Below, piece by piece: positions 62,068-64,000 of a stretch of 64,000 nt of DNA; within the stretch, counting starts at the first letter, position 1, and the number at the start of each line of letters is the position of its first letter. The stretch is from Tubiluchus corallicola. Lineage: Eukaryota; Animalia; Priapulida. The position numbers were made by a program, and so were the translations under genes. The DNA lies in the NCBI GenBank assembly GCA_030141605.1, contig JAQGDQ010000686.1:33852-97851 (forward strand), in the 5' to 3' direction. Under the pieces are notes generated by a model. It was given only the letters and a program-made list of their open reading frames with translations. It ran no database searches and was not told the DNA's origin.

Positions 62068-64000
62068 AGTAGTATAGATGTTTTGCCTCTGGCCGATTTC
62101 CCCGGGGGGGTGGGGATTTCCCCGGGGGGGTGGGGAAAAACACCCCTAAAAAAGTGCGAAAATCCGGAAACACCCCTAAAAAAGTGAAGTGGCTCTATTG
62201 TCGTGCTAGTTAAGTGACCAATTTAAGGATTAGGAGTGACGGTTGGTCGACGGGCCACGCCCCCCTCGGCTGCCGGGGGTGGGAACAAAAATCACCCCCT
62301 AAAAAAAGTGAAGTGGGTCTATTGTTGCGCTAGTTAAGTGCTCGATTTAAGGATTAGGAGTGACGGTTGGGACTCGCGCACGTTTTGGGGGGGGGGTGCG
62401 CCCGGCGAGAACACCCCCCTCCGCGGTAAATGCAGTCGTCCGTTCGACACGCGCTCGCGCACTTTGCTTGCTCCACCCTAATTGTGGCTAATCCGGTAAT
62501 CGACTCTCGCCGCCTAGCTAGCTAGATAATGGGGTAATTGACTTGCGCGCGCGCGTGGCTACGCTAAAAGATTTCTCTACCCACGTGCAGCAGTGCACAG
62601 TCTCGTCGTCGTCATCGTCGTCGTTAAATGGTTAGGATGTTCTTTTATGCGAGTCTAAATTGCCATGCAATTTTTTAAAATTTTACCCCACCCTCATCCG
62701 GGTTAGAATGTTCTTTTATGCGCGTCTAAGTTGCGATACAATTTTATCCTACCTTTATCCGAGATGGATGGATGGATGGATGGATGTCGTCGCCGAAAAG
62801 CCTCCTTCGCTCCATCCAATGCGGTCGCATCGTGCAACATACAGTCTACTCACACGCGCACACACCGCCGAGCACGATTGTTAGCACTGGCCGACCATTA
62901 GCACGAACGTTACCGCGTGTAACATACAGTCTACTCACGCGTCGCCGAGCATGATTAATTTCCGGGTTTCTTTATTTTTTTGTCAACTGTATCCAACGAT
63001 GATGATGATGATGATGATGACGACGATGATGACGCGGTATTACCTAAAGCAGAGTCTGATCTTTGGTCGTCATCCACTTTTTTATCCGACAGAACAATAA
63101 TAACTAATGTTAGTTAAAATTATCTTTTCATTTTGTAAAATCTTTCTATCTGTACTAACTCGCATGTTTAAACCCGCAACGAATGCACTCATCTGATCAG
63201 ACGCCAAGGCAGGCACGTGTCTATTTTGTAAAAATCTTTCTATCTGTACTAACTCGCATGTTTAAACCCGCAATTTTGTAAAATCTTTCTATCTGTACTA
63301 ACTCGCATGTTTAAACCCGCAACGAATGCACTCATCTGATCAGACGCCAAGGCAGGCACGTGTCTATTTTGTAAAAATCTTTCTATCTGTACTAACTCGC
63401 ATGTTTAAACCCGCAACGAATGCACTCATCTGATCAGACGCCAAGGCAGGCACGTGTCTATTGCTTAATCCGATAATTGGCACGACTACCTAGCTAATGA
63501 GGGCTTAATCCGTTAATTGTCTTGCTAGACATGACACCCGCGGCTATTTAAGTGCGTGTACCTGTTTTTTTAAAAGCCCGTTGGAATGTACAGCAAGCAG
63601 ACAGTAGGACAGCTGCCGTCTAGATAAAATTGAATGCCCGCAGCCTTCTAGTCTGCACGCATTTCAACGAGTCAGTATTTTTTAGGTGAGGATATATATA
63701 TATATAATCCCAAAAACTCACAAGTTGCATTAGCCACATTTTTATTGAAAGATTTCTTTTTTGACAATAGGGTATTTAAAATTTTACTTTTATCTAGACT
63801 AGATGTACAAAGAGAAAAAACTGAGGCGCTTTACTATTAGACTAAAATTGCCAGAGACTGAAGTGTATTTACTTTTTAAAATATTCATTTATCTTTATCC
63901 TGGTCGGATGCTTTCTTCCGGTTGACAAAAACGATGTTGGGTGGGGGACCCATGCTCGTTGATGACGCCGTTATTGTTGTTGTTGCTGACGATGTTGTTG
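62068..64000. mobile_element. Probable Polinton/Maverick terminal region (TIR), continuing beyond the window
   Basis: Begins AGTAGTATAG at the exact GPCR breakpoint. Contains GC/CpG-rich short direct repeats and G-runs, and ~93-bp tandem repeats at 63131-63462. No coding evidence inside the window. Confidence 0.55.
63131..63462. repeat. ~93-bp tandem repeat (3 full units + 1 partial)
   Basis: ttttgtaaaatctttctatctgtactaactcgcatgtttaaacccgcaa recurs at ~63131, 63224, 63274 and 63367. Confidence 0.9.

Overview
AT-rich, intron-containing animal genomic DNA, probably from an invertebrate; the species cannot be determined from the sequence. (1) The + strand carries a tandem array of single-exon class A (rhodopsin-family) GPCRs with 16 recognisable copies: 10 intact ORFs, 4 disrupted full-length copies and 2 5' fragments, plus two 3' relics. 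They lack the TM3-ECL2 disulfide and have a very short ECL2. (2) The - strand carries a multi-exon polycystin-1/PKD1-like GAIN/GPS gene that the ORF track mostly misses. Nine GT-AG exons from 25064 down to 488 join in phase. They place a three-exon, sequon-rich PLAT/LH2 domain N-terminal of the GPS (predicted extracellular), whereas canonical polycystins carry PLAT in the cytoplasm after TM1. Five GPCR copies lie antisense inside one 16-kb intron of this gene. (3) Mobile elements include two CR1/L2-type LINEs, a BEL/Pao remnant, a solo LTR duplicated with its flanks, Harbinger-, hAT- and Tc1/mariner-type non-autonomous elements, and a probable Polinton/Maverick terminus that truncates the last GPCR. 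Several minisatellites are also present. All gene models and family calls were made by eye without database searches.
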